This document shows positions 1-9,220 of a stretch of 64,000 nucleotides of DNA, one piece after another. Numbering within the stretch: the first letter of the stretch is position 1; every line of letters starts with the position of its first letter. Made by a program: the position numbers and the translations under genes. The DNA comes from Acidobacteriota bacterium (GTDB lineage Bacteria; Acidobacteriota; Holophagae; Holophagales; Holophagaceae), in NCBI GenBank assembly GCA_016195985.1, contig JACPYP010000013.1, forward strand, positions 12,116-76,115, read 5' to 3'. Under the pieces are notes generated by a model, which was not told the origin of the DNA, made no database searches, and saw nothing but the letters and a program-made list of their open reading frames with translations.

Positions 1-408
1 GCGCGGCTCCAGGGGCACCACCCGCCAGCCCCAGGGTTGTTTCTGCAGGGTGCCGGGCAGGGGGACTTCGCCCCGGCCCTTGATCTCCAGCACCCGGGCC
101 TTGAGGCGTCCGTCCCGGCCTTCGCCACTGACTTCGGCCACCACCCGGTCGCCATGGATGGCTCCGCAGGCATCCCGCCAGTCCACGAACAAATCCATGC
201 GGGGCCCCTTGGGGGCGCCCGGTACGCGGAGGAAGCCGCCGGCGCCTTCTGGATGACCCAGGAAGGTGGCTTCGAAGCTTTCGTACGGACGAAGCCCCAG
301 GCCCTGAGACGGGGCGGCCTGGGGCTTCGAGGTCTGGGTTGGGGTCCGGCGGTCGGGCGTGCGTGACGGAGCGCGGACGGGAATGCGGGGGGCTGAGCGT
401 CGGGCCAT
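1..408 (-). CDS. rnr: Ribonuclease R (VacB-like), N-terminal part; gene runs off the window start
   Basis: Own translation of the minus strand from ATG at 408: MARRSAP...YESFEATFLGHPEGAGGFLRVPG...DLFVDWRDACGAIHGDRVVAEVSGEG...LEIKGRGEVPLPGTLQ. This matches the N-terminal OB/cold-shock-like pattern of RNase R. It is open to the edge, so it is absent from the ORF track; the + strand ORF 37..366 is antisense to it. Confidence 0.55.
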   Translation of the reverse strand, partial: MARRSAPRIPVRAPSRTPDRRTPTQTSKPQAAPSQGLGLRPYESFEATFLGHPEGAGGFLRVPGAPKGPRMDLFVDWRDACGAIHGDRVVAEVSGEGRDGRLKARVLEIKGRGEVPLPGTLQKQPWGWRVVPLEPR

Positions 409-442
409 GCCTTCAGGGTACAGGCCCCGGGGGGGATTCGGC

Positions 443-1312
443 CTACTTTCCCTTCTTGCCGGGGGCCGCAGCGGCCTTGCCGTTCAGCACGTCCAGCTGG
501 TGCTGGACCTTCTTGCTGTCCGGGGAGATCACCGCGAGGCGATAGAGCCAGCGGGCTTTGCCGGCGCGGTCGCCCTGAGCCTCCAGGTAGGCGGGGCTGG
601 ACACGACGGCTTCCACCCACTTGAGCCTGTCGCCCTTGCCGGCCTTGTATTCCTCCACCTGGTCCGCCTCGCCCTTGAGCTTGTCTTCCATGACCTTCAC
701 CAGGGGATCGTAGGCCTCGCTCTCGCGTTTGGTGACGTCGATGTAGGTCTGAAAGAACTTCACCCACTTGGCGCTGTCGCCCACTTCCTTCTCCACGCCC
801 ATAGCCAAGTCCAGCTCCTGGCGTTCACCGGGATCGAGCACGCTCTTGGCTTTCAGCTCTTTGATGCGGTCCGCGTTTTCTTCCAGCACCTGCTTGGCCC
901 GGGCGCCGGACTGGGTGTAGTAGGCGACGGTCTGAGCGAAGGGTTCCTTGACACCTGCATAGGCCTCCTGGGCCAGGGACCGGGCGAGCTTGGCGTATTC
1001 CAACGCCTTCTCCCAGGCGCCGGCGGAATCAGCGGTTTCGGCGGCGAGGCGGAGGGCCTCAGCCATCTCCATATTGGCCGTGCAGCTCTGCACCAGAGTC
1101 GTGTTGTCCTTCTTGTCGAAGACGGGCCGGGTGGCGGGCACCAGGGCTTCGGCGCGCTTGTAGGCCTCGGGGTATTTGAGTTCAGCGAGCAACTGCTCAA
1201 TGGCAGGGCGCTCGGCCTTGATTCGTTCACCTAATGATGGGGAGGCAGCCGGGGCCTGCGCGAAGAGGGCCGCTGGCAGCAGGAAGAGGGAAAGGAAGGC
1301 GGTTTTGCGCAT
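443..1312 (-). CDS. Secreted alpha-helical hypothetical protein
   Basis: Internal ATG at 1312 gives MRKTAFLSLFLLPAALFAQA, a signal peptide. The rest is Lys/Glu/Ala-rich and helical. No recognisable family. Confidence 0.6.
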   Translation of the reverse strand: MRKTAFLSLFLLPAALFAQAPAASPSLGERIKAERPAIEQLLAELKYPEAYKRAEALVPATRPVFDKKDNTTLVQSCTANMEMAEALRLAAETADSAGAWEKALEYAKLARSLAQEAYAGVKEPFAQTVAYYTQSGARAKQVLEENADRIKELKAKSVLDPGERQELDLAMGVEKEVGDSAKWVKFFQTYIDVTKRESEAYDPLVKVMEDKLKGEADQVEEYKAGKGDRLKWVEAVVSSPAYLEAQGDRAGKARWLYRLAVISPDSKKVQHQLDVLNGKAAAAPGKKGK

Positions 1313-1462
1313 CGTTTCGACCCGTGGTGAGAAGGGAGGAGTCCCCGGGGGAGAGCCCCCATGTTCCCGGGTTCCGCTTGATTTGGCTAGCCCCGACTCG
1401 GTGAAGGGAAGCACAACCGGTCCGGCAGGGCATCCCTGATGCGCGGCAGGTAGCATGGGGGC

Positions 1463-2446
1463 ATGGATCTGGTTCTGCTCCGCCTCTCAGCTTTGGGTGA
1501 CATCCTCCGGGTGATGCCGGCCTGGGGCAACCTTCATCACGCCTTCCCTGAAGCCCGGCTGCGCGTGGTGGTGGAGGACCGCCACGCCTTCCTGCTGGAG
1601 CCGCTCCCCTGGCTGGAACCGGTGCTGGTCCAGCGCAAGCGGTTGTCCAACCCCCTATCCGCGCTGGGCGAGTTGAAGCGGGTGGCCGGCCTGATCCGGG
1701 GGGCGGAAGTCAGCCTGGATTTCCACGGCATCCTCAAGGCCGCCCTGATTCCACGATTGGCAGGCATTCCCGAGCGCTGGGGGGATGGCGTCACCAAGGA
1801 ATTCTCCAGATCGCTTCAGACCCGCCCCTTGTCCTTCAAACACCAGACCCGCTATGACCAGGCCCTGGGTTTGGCCGAGGCCTTCGGCCGCAGCCAGGGG
1901 GTAGAAGGACTGGGCCGCTTCCGGCCGGTGCTGCGGGAGGTGCCCCTGCCTGACCCCGGCGGCATATGGACTCAAAGCGCCAAACCCAGGGTGGTGCTGG
2001 TTCCGGGAGCCTCCCGCCGCGGCGCCATCAAGCGTTGGCCCCTGGTCCACTGGATATCGTTGGTGGAGCGTTTGAAAAGCCGGTGCGAGCTTCGCTGGTC
2101 GCTGGGGCCGGAAGAAGAGGAATTGCGAAACTGGCTGCCCGAGGCGACCGGCGTGGAGGCCCTCCCCCGGCTGGGGTTCTGGCAGCTGGCGGCGGCCCTG
2201 CGCCAGGCGGACCGGGTGGTCGCCCCAGATACTGGCCTGCTGCACCTGGCCGTGGTGCTGGGAGTTCCTGTCCTGGGAGTCTATGGCTCCAGCGATCCGG
2301 TGGTGGCGGGCCTGCCCGGAGGGTCGGGCCGGGTGTTGCGCACGGGGATCGCCTGCTCGCCCTGCCGGGAGCGGGCCTGCCAGCGGCGGCAGTGCATGTC
2401 GGAACTCCTGCCGGACCAGGTGGCCGCGGCGCTGGCGGAGCGTTGA
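1463..2446 (+). CDS. Glycosyltransferase family 9 (LPS heptosyltransferase-like)
   Basis: N-terminus MDLVLLRLSALGDILRVMPAW and C-terminal DTGLLHLAVVLGVPVLGVYG are typical of the GT9 fold. Confidence 0.75.
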   Translation: MDLVLLRLSALGDILRVMPAWGNLHHAFPEARLRVVVEDRHAFLLEPLPWLEPVLVQRKRLSNPLSALGELKRVAGLIRGAEVSLDFHGILKAALIPRLAGIPERWGDGVTKEFSRSLQTRPLSFKHQTRYDQALGLAEAFGRSQGVEGLGRFRPVLREVPLPDPGGIWTQSAKPRVVLVPGASRRGAIKRWPLVHWISLVERLKSRCELRWSLGPEEEELRNWLPEATGVEALPRLGFWQLAAALRQADRVVAPDTGLLHLAVVLGVPVLGVYGSSDPVVAGLPGGSGRVLRTGIACSPCRERACQRRQCMSELLPDQVAAALAER

Positions 2447-2450
2447 TCCT

Positions 2451-2807
2451 TCAGCGGATGTTGAACGCGTACTTCCCCGCGTGGCATTCCAGGCATTTCA
2501 CCACGGGGGGGCGATGCTGGCGGTGGCATTCGGCGCACGGAATCTCGCCCTGGTGGGAGCCGTGGGGATTGGGCTTCACATTCTTGGTGACGGCCTTCAT
2601 GGCGGGGTAGTCGCCGTGGCAGGTCATGCAGGATTCAGAAGAGGCCTTCTTGGTGGGCTTCTCCTCCTGGTGGCAGTCGAAGCAATGGACCCCCGCCTTG
2701 GCGTGATAGGGCGGAAGGGCGGGGCCCTTCGAATCCTGGGCCGGGGCCGGCAGCGTCAGGAAGGCCGCGAGCAGGAGGGAGGGCGTGCAGGTCGGAAAGG
2801 GTCTCAT
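2451..2807 (-). CDS. Small periplasmic tetrahaem cytochrome c
   Basis: Signal peptide (LLLAAFLTLPAPAQD) followed by four CxxCH motifs (CFDCH, CMTCH, CAECH, CLECH) in 118 aa. Confidence 0.85.
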   Translation of the reverse strand: MRPFPTCTPSLLLAAFLTLPAPAQDSKGPALPPYHAKAGVHCFDCHQEEKPTKKASSESCMTCHGDYPAMKAVTKNVKPNPHGSHQGEIPCAECHRQHRPPVVKCLECHAGKYAFNIR

Positions 2808-3087
2808 GGCGCATTCCCGGGGAGGGGCTGGGCAAGCCGCATGGAGGACCCTCCAGTCTAGCGGGGAGGGTCAGGAGTCACATCCGCACATCCCTTTGCC
2901 GACAGGAATTTGGGGACCCAGCCCCGAACCCGTGACCGGAATCACGATTGCGAGAATGGGGGCAAACGGGGAGCCGGTAAATCGACGATCATGATCAGTT
3001 GGGAATTTCTGTTTTCCCCATGGATCTTCCATGTGCCGATTCGGATCCGTTTCCGCCAAGCCTTGAGTCCAATTGAAAGGATGTTTC

Positions 3088-4086
3088 ATGAAAATCAATC
3101 CCGCACACTTGATCTCAGGGCTGATCTTGGCAGCCGGGATGATGGCCCAGGGCGGGCTCCAGGCTCAGAGCGTCCAGGTTCGCGCCAAGGTTCCAACGGC
3201 CATTCCGTCCTACCTGCCCATGACAGTCATGAAAGGCACCTACGATCTGTTGGGAACCGACGCCCTGTCTGATCTGGGCGAAGAGTGGGCCACCGCCTTC
3301 AGGAAGTTCCATCCGGAAGCGAACCTGGTGTTCAAGTCGAAGCTGACCAAGGATGCCGTGACCGCCTTCGTGGACGGATCGAGCCTGCTCATCATCACCG
3401 CCAGGGAACTCACGCTGGAGGAGGGGAAAGCCTTCCAGGCCAAGTTCGGCTACATGCCCATGCGCATCCCCATCTGCCTGGATGCCAACATCGTGTTCGT
3501 CCACAAGAACAACCCGCTCGCATCCATCTCCATGCAGCAGCTGGACGCCATCTACTCCAAATCCAGGCTGGGCGGGGCGAAAGCGGCCGCCCTGGTTTGG
3601 GGCGATCTGGGGCTCAAAGGCGAGTGGGCCAAGCTGCCCATCCACGCCTATTCGCGGGCTGAGGGAACGGCCACACGGTCCTCCTTCGGCGAGAAGGCTC
3701 TACTCAATGGCGAGTTCCGGGCCGGCATCCTGGACCGGAATGATTCCCCCGCCCTGGCCGAGGCGGTCATGACCGATCCCGCCGGCATTGCCTTTGGCAC
3801 GATGTCGTCCTGGTACTTCGCGAACAAGGTGCTTCCCGTGGCGCCCTACTATGGAGATGGCGCGCGGTTCCCAAACCAGGACAACGTCACGACCAGCAAA
3901 TACCCCATGCCGCGCCTGTACTACGCCTACCTCAACCGCGCCCCTGGTGTGGCGCTGCCAGCGCCGGTCAATGAAGTCATCCAATTCCTGCTGAGCCGGG
4001 AAGGCCAGACCTCCGTGGCGGACGCCGGTCTCCTGCCGGGCCCCCCGGAATTCATCACCATCGCGCTCAAGCGCCTGAACCGATAG
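3088..4086 (+). CDS. Periplasmic substrate-binding protein, PstS/PBP-like (phosphate-binding family)
   Basis: ATG at 3088 preceded by GAAAGGA. Signal peptide, then PBP-like-2 style blocks (LLIITARELT, GTATRSSF, GIAFGTMS). Confidence 0.6.
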   Translation: MKINPAHLISGLILAAGMMAQGGLQAQSVQVRAKVPTAIPSYLPMTVMKGTYDLLGTDALSDLGEEWATAFRKFHPEANLVFKSKLTKDAVTAFVDGSSLLIITARELTLEEGKAFQAKFGYMPMRIPICLDANIVFVHKNNPLASISMQQLDAIYSKSRLGGAKAAALVWGDLGLKGEWAKLPIHAYSRAEGTATRSSFGEKALLNGEFRAGILDRNDSPALAEAVMTDPAGIAFGTMSSWYFANKVLPVAPYYGDGARFPNQDNVTTSKYPMPRLYYAYLNRAPGVALPAPVNEVIQFLLSREGQTSVADAGLLPGPPEFITIALKRLNR

Positions 4087-4094
4087 GAAGGGCT

Positions 4095-4118
4095 GTTTCC
4101 GCGCGAAAGCGCGGAAAC
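4095..4118. terminator. Perfect hairpin between convergent genes (GTTTCCGCGC-GAAA-GCGCGGAAAC)
   Basis: 10-bp perfect stem with a GNRA-type loop between the PstS-like stop and the cysS stop. No clear U-tract on either strand. Confidence 0.5.
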
Positions 4119-4126
4119 GGCGCCCA

Positions 4127-5578
4127 TCACCCTTTGCGCCAGCCCACGGTGCCGTCCTTGCGGTCTTCGAGGACGATGCCCATGGCCTTGAGCTGATCCC
4201 GCACGCGGTCGGCCTCGGCCCACTGCTTCGCGGCCTTGGCGGCGCGGCGGGCTTCGATGAGGGCTTCCACCTCGGAATCGAGGTCGGCTTCCTCCCGGGG
4301 CCAGGCCATGAAGATGCCGTTGGTTTCCTCCAGGAAACCCAGCACCGCATCCCGCTCTTCCCGGGTGAGCGCGCAGTGATCGTCCTGGGCGTTGAGATCG
4401 CTGATGAGCGTGAAGATCGCCGCCAGAGCCTCGGGCGTGTTCAGGTCATCGGCCATGGCCGCCCAGAAGGCCTCGCGGGCTTGATCCAGGCGGGCGAGAG
4501 GATCGATGGCTTCCTTCCAGGGGCCGCTTCCGGCCTGGCCCTCGCCTTCCATGCGCTTGCGGAAGGCCCGGATGCGCTTGAGGGCGTTCTCGGCGGCCCG
4601 GAGGCCCTCGAAGCTGAAGTTGAGAACCTTCCGGTAGTGGTTGCTCTGGATGGCGTACCGCAAGGCGATGGGATCCACGCCCTTGGCGGTCAGATCGCGA
4701 AGGGTGAAAAAATTGCCCAAGCTCTTGGACATTTTCTGGCCTTCCACCAGCAGGAACTCGCCGTGGACCCAGTGGTTCACCCATTGATGGCCCAGGCAGC
4801 CCTCGCTTTGGGCGATCTCGTTCTCGTGGTGGGGGAAGATCAGATCCACTCCGCCGCTGTGGATGTCCATGCGTTCGCCGAGCAGCTCCATGCCCATGGC
4901 CGAGCATTCGATATGCCATCCGGGCCGCCCCTGGCCCCAGGGGCTGTCCCACCATGGCTCGCCGGGTTTGGCGGACTTCCAGAGCACGAAATCCGTCACG
5001 GAATCGCGCTCATACTCGTCGGCGTCCACCGAAGCGCCCGCCTGCATGCCTTCGCGGTCGAGATGCGCCAGGCAGCCGTAGTGAGGCAGGCCCGAAATCC
5101 GGTAGTAGACGCTGCCTTCCCGGACATAGGCCAAGCCCTTGGCCTCGAGGGCCTGGATGAGGCGGATCATCTGAGGGATGTAGGCGGTGGCCCGGGGCAG
5201 GAAGTCCGCTGGCAGAACCCGCAAGGTGGCGAGATCCTCCAGGAAGATGGCAGTGAAGCGTCCAGTCAGCGCCGTCATGGCTTCATGCCGGGCCTCATTG
5301 GATGCATCGGCGGGAAGCCCTCCCTGGGAGTCGCGGATGATCTTGTCCTCGACGTCCGTGATGTTCATGCAGTGCCGCACCTGGTGGCCGGCGGCCAGGA
5401 AAGTGCGCTTGAGGAGATCCTGGAAAAGGAAGGTCCGAAGGTTGCCGATATGGGCGTAGTTGTAAACCGTAGGCCCGCAGGTGTACAAGGAGACCTGCCC
5501 CTCCACCAGGGGAACCACAGGCTCGACCCGCCGCGGCAGGGTGTTGAACAGGGAGAGGGTCCGGCGCTTCAGCTTCAT
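4127..5578 (-). CDS. cysS: Cysteine--tRNA ligase
   Basis: Class I signatures HIGN (YNYAHIGNLRTF) and KMSKS (KMSKSLGNFF), with CysRS-typical length and layout. Confidence 0.95.
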   Translation of the reverse strand: MKLKRRTLSLFNTLPRRVEPVVPLVEGQVSLYTCGPTVYNYAHIGNLRTFLFQDLLKRTFLAAGHQVRHCMNITDVEDKIIRDSQGGLPADASNEARHEAMTALTGRFTAIFLEDLATLRVLPADFLPRATAYIPQMIRLIQALEAKGLAYVREGSVYYRISGLPHYGCLAHLDREGMQAGASVDADEYERDSVTDFVLWKSAKPGEPWWDSPWGQGRPGWHIECSAMGMELLGERMDIHSGGVDLIFPHHENEIAQSEGCLGHQWVNHWVHGEFLLVEGQKMSKSLGNFFTLRDLTAKGVDPIALRYAIQSNHYRKVLNFSFEGLRAAENALKRIRAFRKRMEGEGQAGSGPWKEAIDPLARLDQAREAFWAAMADDLNTPEALAAIFTLISDLNAQDDHCALTREERDAVLGFLEETNGIFMAWPREEADLDSEVEALIEARRAAKAAKQWAEADRVRDQLKAMGIVLEDRKDGTVGWRKG

Positions 5579-5630
5579 GGTTCTAGGAAACCATCATTTT
5601 GCCTTCCGTCCAAAGCCCCCAGGTGCCCTT

Positions 5631-6275
5631 ATGAGCCTCTTCGGCGCGCGAAAGCAGGAACGGGCCCTCGCTCAACACGACGAGCGCCTGCAAGAGCTGG
5701 AGGTTGAGTGCTCGGTTCTACAGAGGCGCATCGATGAGACCCAGGAACTGGTCCGGCATTTGGACCAGGAGCGGGGCCTCTTGCTGAGCGCCGTGGAGCG
5801 CTTGCGGCCTGGGGACCCTGCGGAGGAGCTGGCCCAGGCTCTCCTGGAAGTGGCCTTCAAGCCCATGGGGCTGGCCTGCTTCTTCGTGGCCCTGGCGGAT
5901 TGGGACCGGGACCTGCTCCAGTTTGTGCTGTACCAGGAGGGGGGCCGGGTGCGAAAACACCCTTCCCGCCGGTTATCGGATAGGGCCGGGCTTTCCGAAC
6001 GGGTGCTCACGGGGAAGCGCCCCGTCTACATCCGCACCATGGAGGAGGGGCAAGCCGCGGGAAGCTTTCTCACTGCCGCGGAGCAGGCCACGGGTCTCAT
6101 CCCCCATTCTTGGTACGGCGTGCCGCTGGGGCATGGACCCCGCCCCATCGGGGTGGTGAGCTTCCAGAGCTTCCAGACCGACGCTTTCAGCGAGGACCGG
6201 CGGCGGGTCATGGACGCCCTGGCAGCCCTGCTTTCCACCTGCCTGGAAGCGCGCGGCCGGGTTCAGGATCCCTGA
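5631..6275 (+). CDS. Hypothetical protein, N-terminal coiled coil plus GAF-like C-terminal domain
   Basis: ATG at 5631 (MSLFGARKQ...), chosen because the upstream part of the ORF overlaps cysS. The domain call is tentative. Confidence 0.5.
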   Translation: MSLFGARKQERALAQHDERLQELEVECSVLQRRIDETQELVRHLDQERGLLLSAVERLRPGDPAEELAQALLEVAFKPMGLACFFVALADWDRDLLQFVLYQEGGRVRKHPSRRLSDRAGLSERVLTGKRPVYIRTMEEGQAAGSFLTAAEQATGLIPHSWYGVPLGHGPRPIGVVSFQSFQTDAFSEDRRRVMDALAALLSTCLEARGRVQDP

Positions 6276-6655
6276 ATCAAGGCCAGCAGATCCTCGGGCA
6301 GGGGGCGGGCGCGGTTGTCCGAACTTGCCGCCAGGTGGATGCTTTCGCCCTCCGCCAGCAGAGCGCCGCTCCGCTCGACCCGGTAGCCGAAGGTCACCCG
6401 GCGCCGCCCTGCCTCCTTGAGGAACGTGCGCACTTGCACCAGCTCGTCGTAATAGGCGGGGGCCCGGAACTTCACCCGGATCTCGTTCACCACCAGCCGC
6501 ACACCGCGGGCCTCCCATTCAGCGTAGCTTTGGCCCAGCTCCCTCAGGAAATCGCTGCGGCCCAGCTCCATCCAGACCGGATAGGTCGCGTGGTGGACGA
6601 TGCCCATGGCATCGGTTTCGGCGTAGCGCACTCGGAGCTCGGTCAGCGATTCCAT
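6263..6655 (-). CDS. Acyl-CoA thioesterase, 4HBT/YbgC family
   Basis: LRVRYAETDAMGIVHHATYPVWMELGR is the hot-dog-fold YbgC-type N-terminal motif; 130 aa. Confidence 0.8.
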   Translation of the reverse strand: MESLTELRVRYAETDAMGIVHHATYPVWMELGRSDFLRELGQSYAEWEARGVRLVVNEIRVKFRAPAYYDELVQVRTFLKEAGRRRVTFGYRVERSGALLAEGESIHLAASSDNRARPLPEDLLALIQGS

Positions 6656-6674
6656 GCTTTGAGCCTACACGAAG

Positions 6675-6696
6675 AAGCCCCGCCGGAGCGGGGCTT
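6675..6696 (-). terminator. Hairpin downstream of the 6725..7084 gene (AAGCCCCGC-loop-GCGGGGCTT)
   Basis: 9-bp GC-rich stem followed on the minus strand by CTTCTTCGTG. Confidence 0.45.
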
Positions 6697-6724
6697 GGGC
6701 TGACGCACGGACCGGGGCTCCCGG

Positions 6725-7084
6725 TTACTCGATGGTGACGCGGACGTGATCGCCCTTGTCCGTGGTGATCTCCAAGAGCAGGTCGCCGGCCTTGGCATCG
6801 TTGAGCAGCTTGATGAGCTGTTCAGGCTTCATGCCTTTCTTGGTTTCGCCGTTGACCTTGATTTCCCCTTCGCCGGCCATGTCCAGGACGCCCTTGGCGA
6901 GGCTGATGGGCATGCGCACATGCACTTCAGTGGGGCCTTCTTCGCTCTTGGCCTCGCCCTTCTGCCGGTGGTGGTGGTTGAAGGACTTGGAGACGATGTC
7001 GACCTTGATGAACCGCGCGCTCTGCGCGGCCAGAGGAAGGGTGAGGCTGGCCGCCAGGGCCAGCGGGATCATGATGGCGCGCAT
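6725..7084 (-). CDS. Small secreted hypothetical protein
   Basis: ATG at 7084 gives MRAIMIPLALAASLTLPLAAQS, a signal peptide. About 120 aa, no recognised family. Confidence 0.55.
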   Translation of the reverse strand: MRAIMIPLALAASLTLPLAAQSARFIKVDIVSKSFNHHHRQKGEAKSEEGPTEVHVRMPISLAKGVLDMAGEGEIKVNGETKKGMKPEQLIKLLNDAKAGDLLLEITTDKGDHVRVTIE

Positions 7085-7247
7085 GGGCGGCCTCCTTGGG
7101 TGGGTGGGGTTCGGCACTCGCCGGATTGCATGGGATTACGGGCCTCTTTGGCGACGGATTAGCCAGGTATTCTGGACCGGTCACGGAATCCCTCCGCCCC
7201 TCATCCAAACCGATCTGCGGCCCGCCGGCCGCCACTGGAGTCCGCCC

Positions 7248-7655
7248 ATGAAACCCATCGCCGCCCTCCTGCTTCTCGCCGCGCCACTGCTCGCCCAGGA
7301 CGCGGCCAAGTGGGAACACGACTACCAATCCGCCCTCAAGCGGGCGAAGGCCGAGAACAAGGTCATCTTCATGGACCTCTGGGCCGAATGGTGCGGCCCC
7401 TGCCAGCACCTCCAGAAGAATGTCTTCCCCACCGCCGAAGCCACCGCCGCCCTGGCCAAGGTGGTGCCCTTCTCCTCCCTGGTTCAGAAGAAGGACGGAA
7501 CCCCTCTGGCCGAAGGCACCAAGCTGGCCGAGCAGTTCAAGCTCGACGCCTTCCCTACCCTCGTGATCCTGGATGCCGACGGCAAGGAGTTGCGCCGCAA
7601 GGTGGGCGCCTTCCGCAGCGGGGCCGAGTTCGCCGCCTGGCTGAACGCCAAGTAA
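7248..7655 (+). CDS. Secreted thioredoxin-fold protein
   Basis: ATG at 7248 gives MKPIAALLLLAAPLLAQD, a signal peptide. WCGPC active-site motif (DLWAEWCGPCQHL). Confidence 0.8.
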   Translation: MKPIAALLLLAAPLLAQDAAKWEHDYQSALKRAKAENKVIFMDLWAEWCGPCQHLQKNVFPTAEATAALAKVVPFSSLVQKKDGTPLAEGTKLAEQFKLDAFPTLVILDADGKELRRKVGAFRSGAEFAAWLNAK

Positions 7656-7672
7656 TCGCCCAATCCCTTGAT

Positions 7673-7703
7673 GAGCAGCGGCGGCCTCTGGCCGCCGCTG
7701 CTC
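7673..7703. terminator. Bidirectional hairpin (GAGCAGCGGCGGCC-TCT-GGCCGCCGCTGCTC)
   Basis: 14-bp perfect stem between the convergent thioredoxin-like and VWA/TPR genes. Confidence 0.6.
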
Positions 7704-7709
7704 GTTCAG

Positions 7710-9218
7710 TCAGAGATCCTTCACCCCTCCAGGTGTTTTCGGGGGCTTGGGCAGGCGCTGCTTGAGGCCCTCCAATTCATCCTGCTGGGCGCCCATGCTG
7801 GGGCGGGGCGGGGGTGGCGGAGGCGGCTTCTTGGGGTTGGGGGGAGGCGGCGGCGTGGTGTCCTTGACCAGGGTTTGCAGATCATGGATGGCCTCGGGCT
7901 GACCGGGCTGTTCCAGCAGCAGCCGTTCGAGCAGGGCCCGCGCTTCTTCTGGGCGGTGGGCTTCCACGTGAGCCCGGGCTGCCAGCAGGAGGGCGGGAGC
8001 GCGCCAGGCCGGAACGGGCCGGGGCGTTCCCTGGCCCGCCAGCACGGCCAAGGTCTTCAGGGCCTCCTCCGGGAGGCCCGCGCGCAGATCGATCTGCGCC
8101 GCCAGCAGCACGTGGGCGGGCTTGGCGTCGCGGGGGCGCCAGCGGCGGGCCGCGGTCAGGTTGCCCTCCTCCAGGGCCCGCTGGGCCACCCAGGCCTTGA
8201 CGCCAGGAGGTGCCCAGACGGGGCCGGAGGCTTGGGCGGAGAGTGGGGCCGCCAGGCCAACCAACAGCGCCAGCAGCGGCCGCCAGCGGGCCAGGGGCTT
8301 GCCCGAGAAGAGCAGCCAGAGCGCCAATCCGGCCAGGGCGATCCAGGCGCCCGCTTCCGGGTGGGCGGGCTGGAGCGAGCGGCGCGCGGGGAGAGGCAGT
8401 CTTCCCGCGGCCAGGGCCTGAAGGCCCCCGGCCGCGTCTTCGCCATCTTTGAAGACTTGGCCTCCCGTGGCTTCGGCCAGCTGCGCCAGGAATTCAGGAT
8501 GGGCCGTGCTGCGGGCCGGTTCTGCGGCTGGGGCGGCAGCGTCTTCCCGGTTGGGCACCGCATGGGCCTGGCCATCTCCGAAGGCCATCACGCAAACGGG
8601 GATCCGGGCCTTCTTGAGCGGCGCGACGGCCCGGGCCAGCGCCTCCTCGGGAGCCTCCCAGGTTTCCTCGCCATCGCTGAGCAGGAGGATCACCGCGGGC
8701 AGGTCGCGGTCCACCTGGGCCGCCAACTGTGGCAGGCCGCGGCCCAGGCTGGTGCCGGGGGAGCCCACCTCGCCGGGCAGGGCGGCCCGGAGCGCCTCGC
8801 GCAGCAGGGTCCGGTCCTCGCCGGGCGGCTGCACGGGAATGTCGTCGCCGGTGAGGAAGTCCAGACCCCAGCGGATGCCGGGCTGGGGCCTGGACCAGAT
8901 GCGGTCCAGAGCGCCGACGGCGGCCTCCCAGCGGCTGCGGCCCTGGGCATCGGGCACGGCCATGGAACGGCTGGCATCCAGCGCCACATGCACCGTGAGC
9001 CGGGGGAATTCGGGAAGGCCCCAGCGGGGTTCAGCCAGGCCCAGGCCCAGGCCTGCGGCCATCACCGCCAAGCCAAGCCCCTGCCACAGAGGCCGCTGGC
9101 CCACCACCTGCACCCCCTGGCCGGGCCGCAGATGGGCCCGCAGAGCCAGCGCCAGGGTGACCAGGATGGCCGCGGCCGTGGGGATCAGCACCCAGGGATG
9201 GGAGAAGGGCAGCTTCAT
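7710..9218 (-). CDS. VWA plus TPR-like membrane protein (BatB/BatC-like fusion) with a Pro-rich tail
   Basis: N-terminal TM helices; VWA blocks (VHVALDASRSM, VILLLSDGEE); a second TM; TPR-like helical repeat region; PPPPPNPKKPPPPPPP tail. Confidence 0.7.
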   Translation of the reverse strand: MKLPFSHPWVLIPTAAAILVTLALALRAHLRPGQGVQVVGQRPLWQGLGLAVMAAGLGLGLAEPRWGLPEFPRLTVHVALDASRSMAVPDAQGRSRWEAAVGALDRIWSRPQPGIRWGLDFLTGDDIPVQPPGEDRTLLREALRAALPGEVGSPGTSLGRGLPQLAAQVDRDLPAVILLLSDGEETWEAPEEALARAVAPLKKARIPVCVMAFGDGQAHAVPNREDAAAPAAEPARSTAHPEFLAQLAEATGGQVFKDGEDAAGGLQALAAGRLPLPARRSLQPAHPEAGAWIALAGLALWLLFSGKPLARWRPLLALLVGLAAPLSAQASGPVWAPPGVKAWVAQRALEEGNLTAARRWRPRDAKPAHVLLAAQIDLRAGLPEEALKTLAVLAGQGTPRPVPAWRAPALLLAARAHVEAHRPEEARALLERLLLEQPGQPEAIHDLQTLVKDTTPPPPPNPKKPPPPPPPRPSMGAQQDELEGLKQRLPKPPKTPGGVKDL

Positions 9219-9220
9219 GG

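Noticed and set aside
37-366. 109-aa plus-strand ORF at the window start.
   Set aside because: The opposite strand translates into a convincing RNase R N-terminus, and the plus-strand product has no recognisable features.
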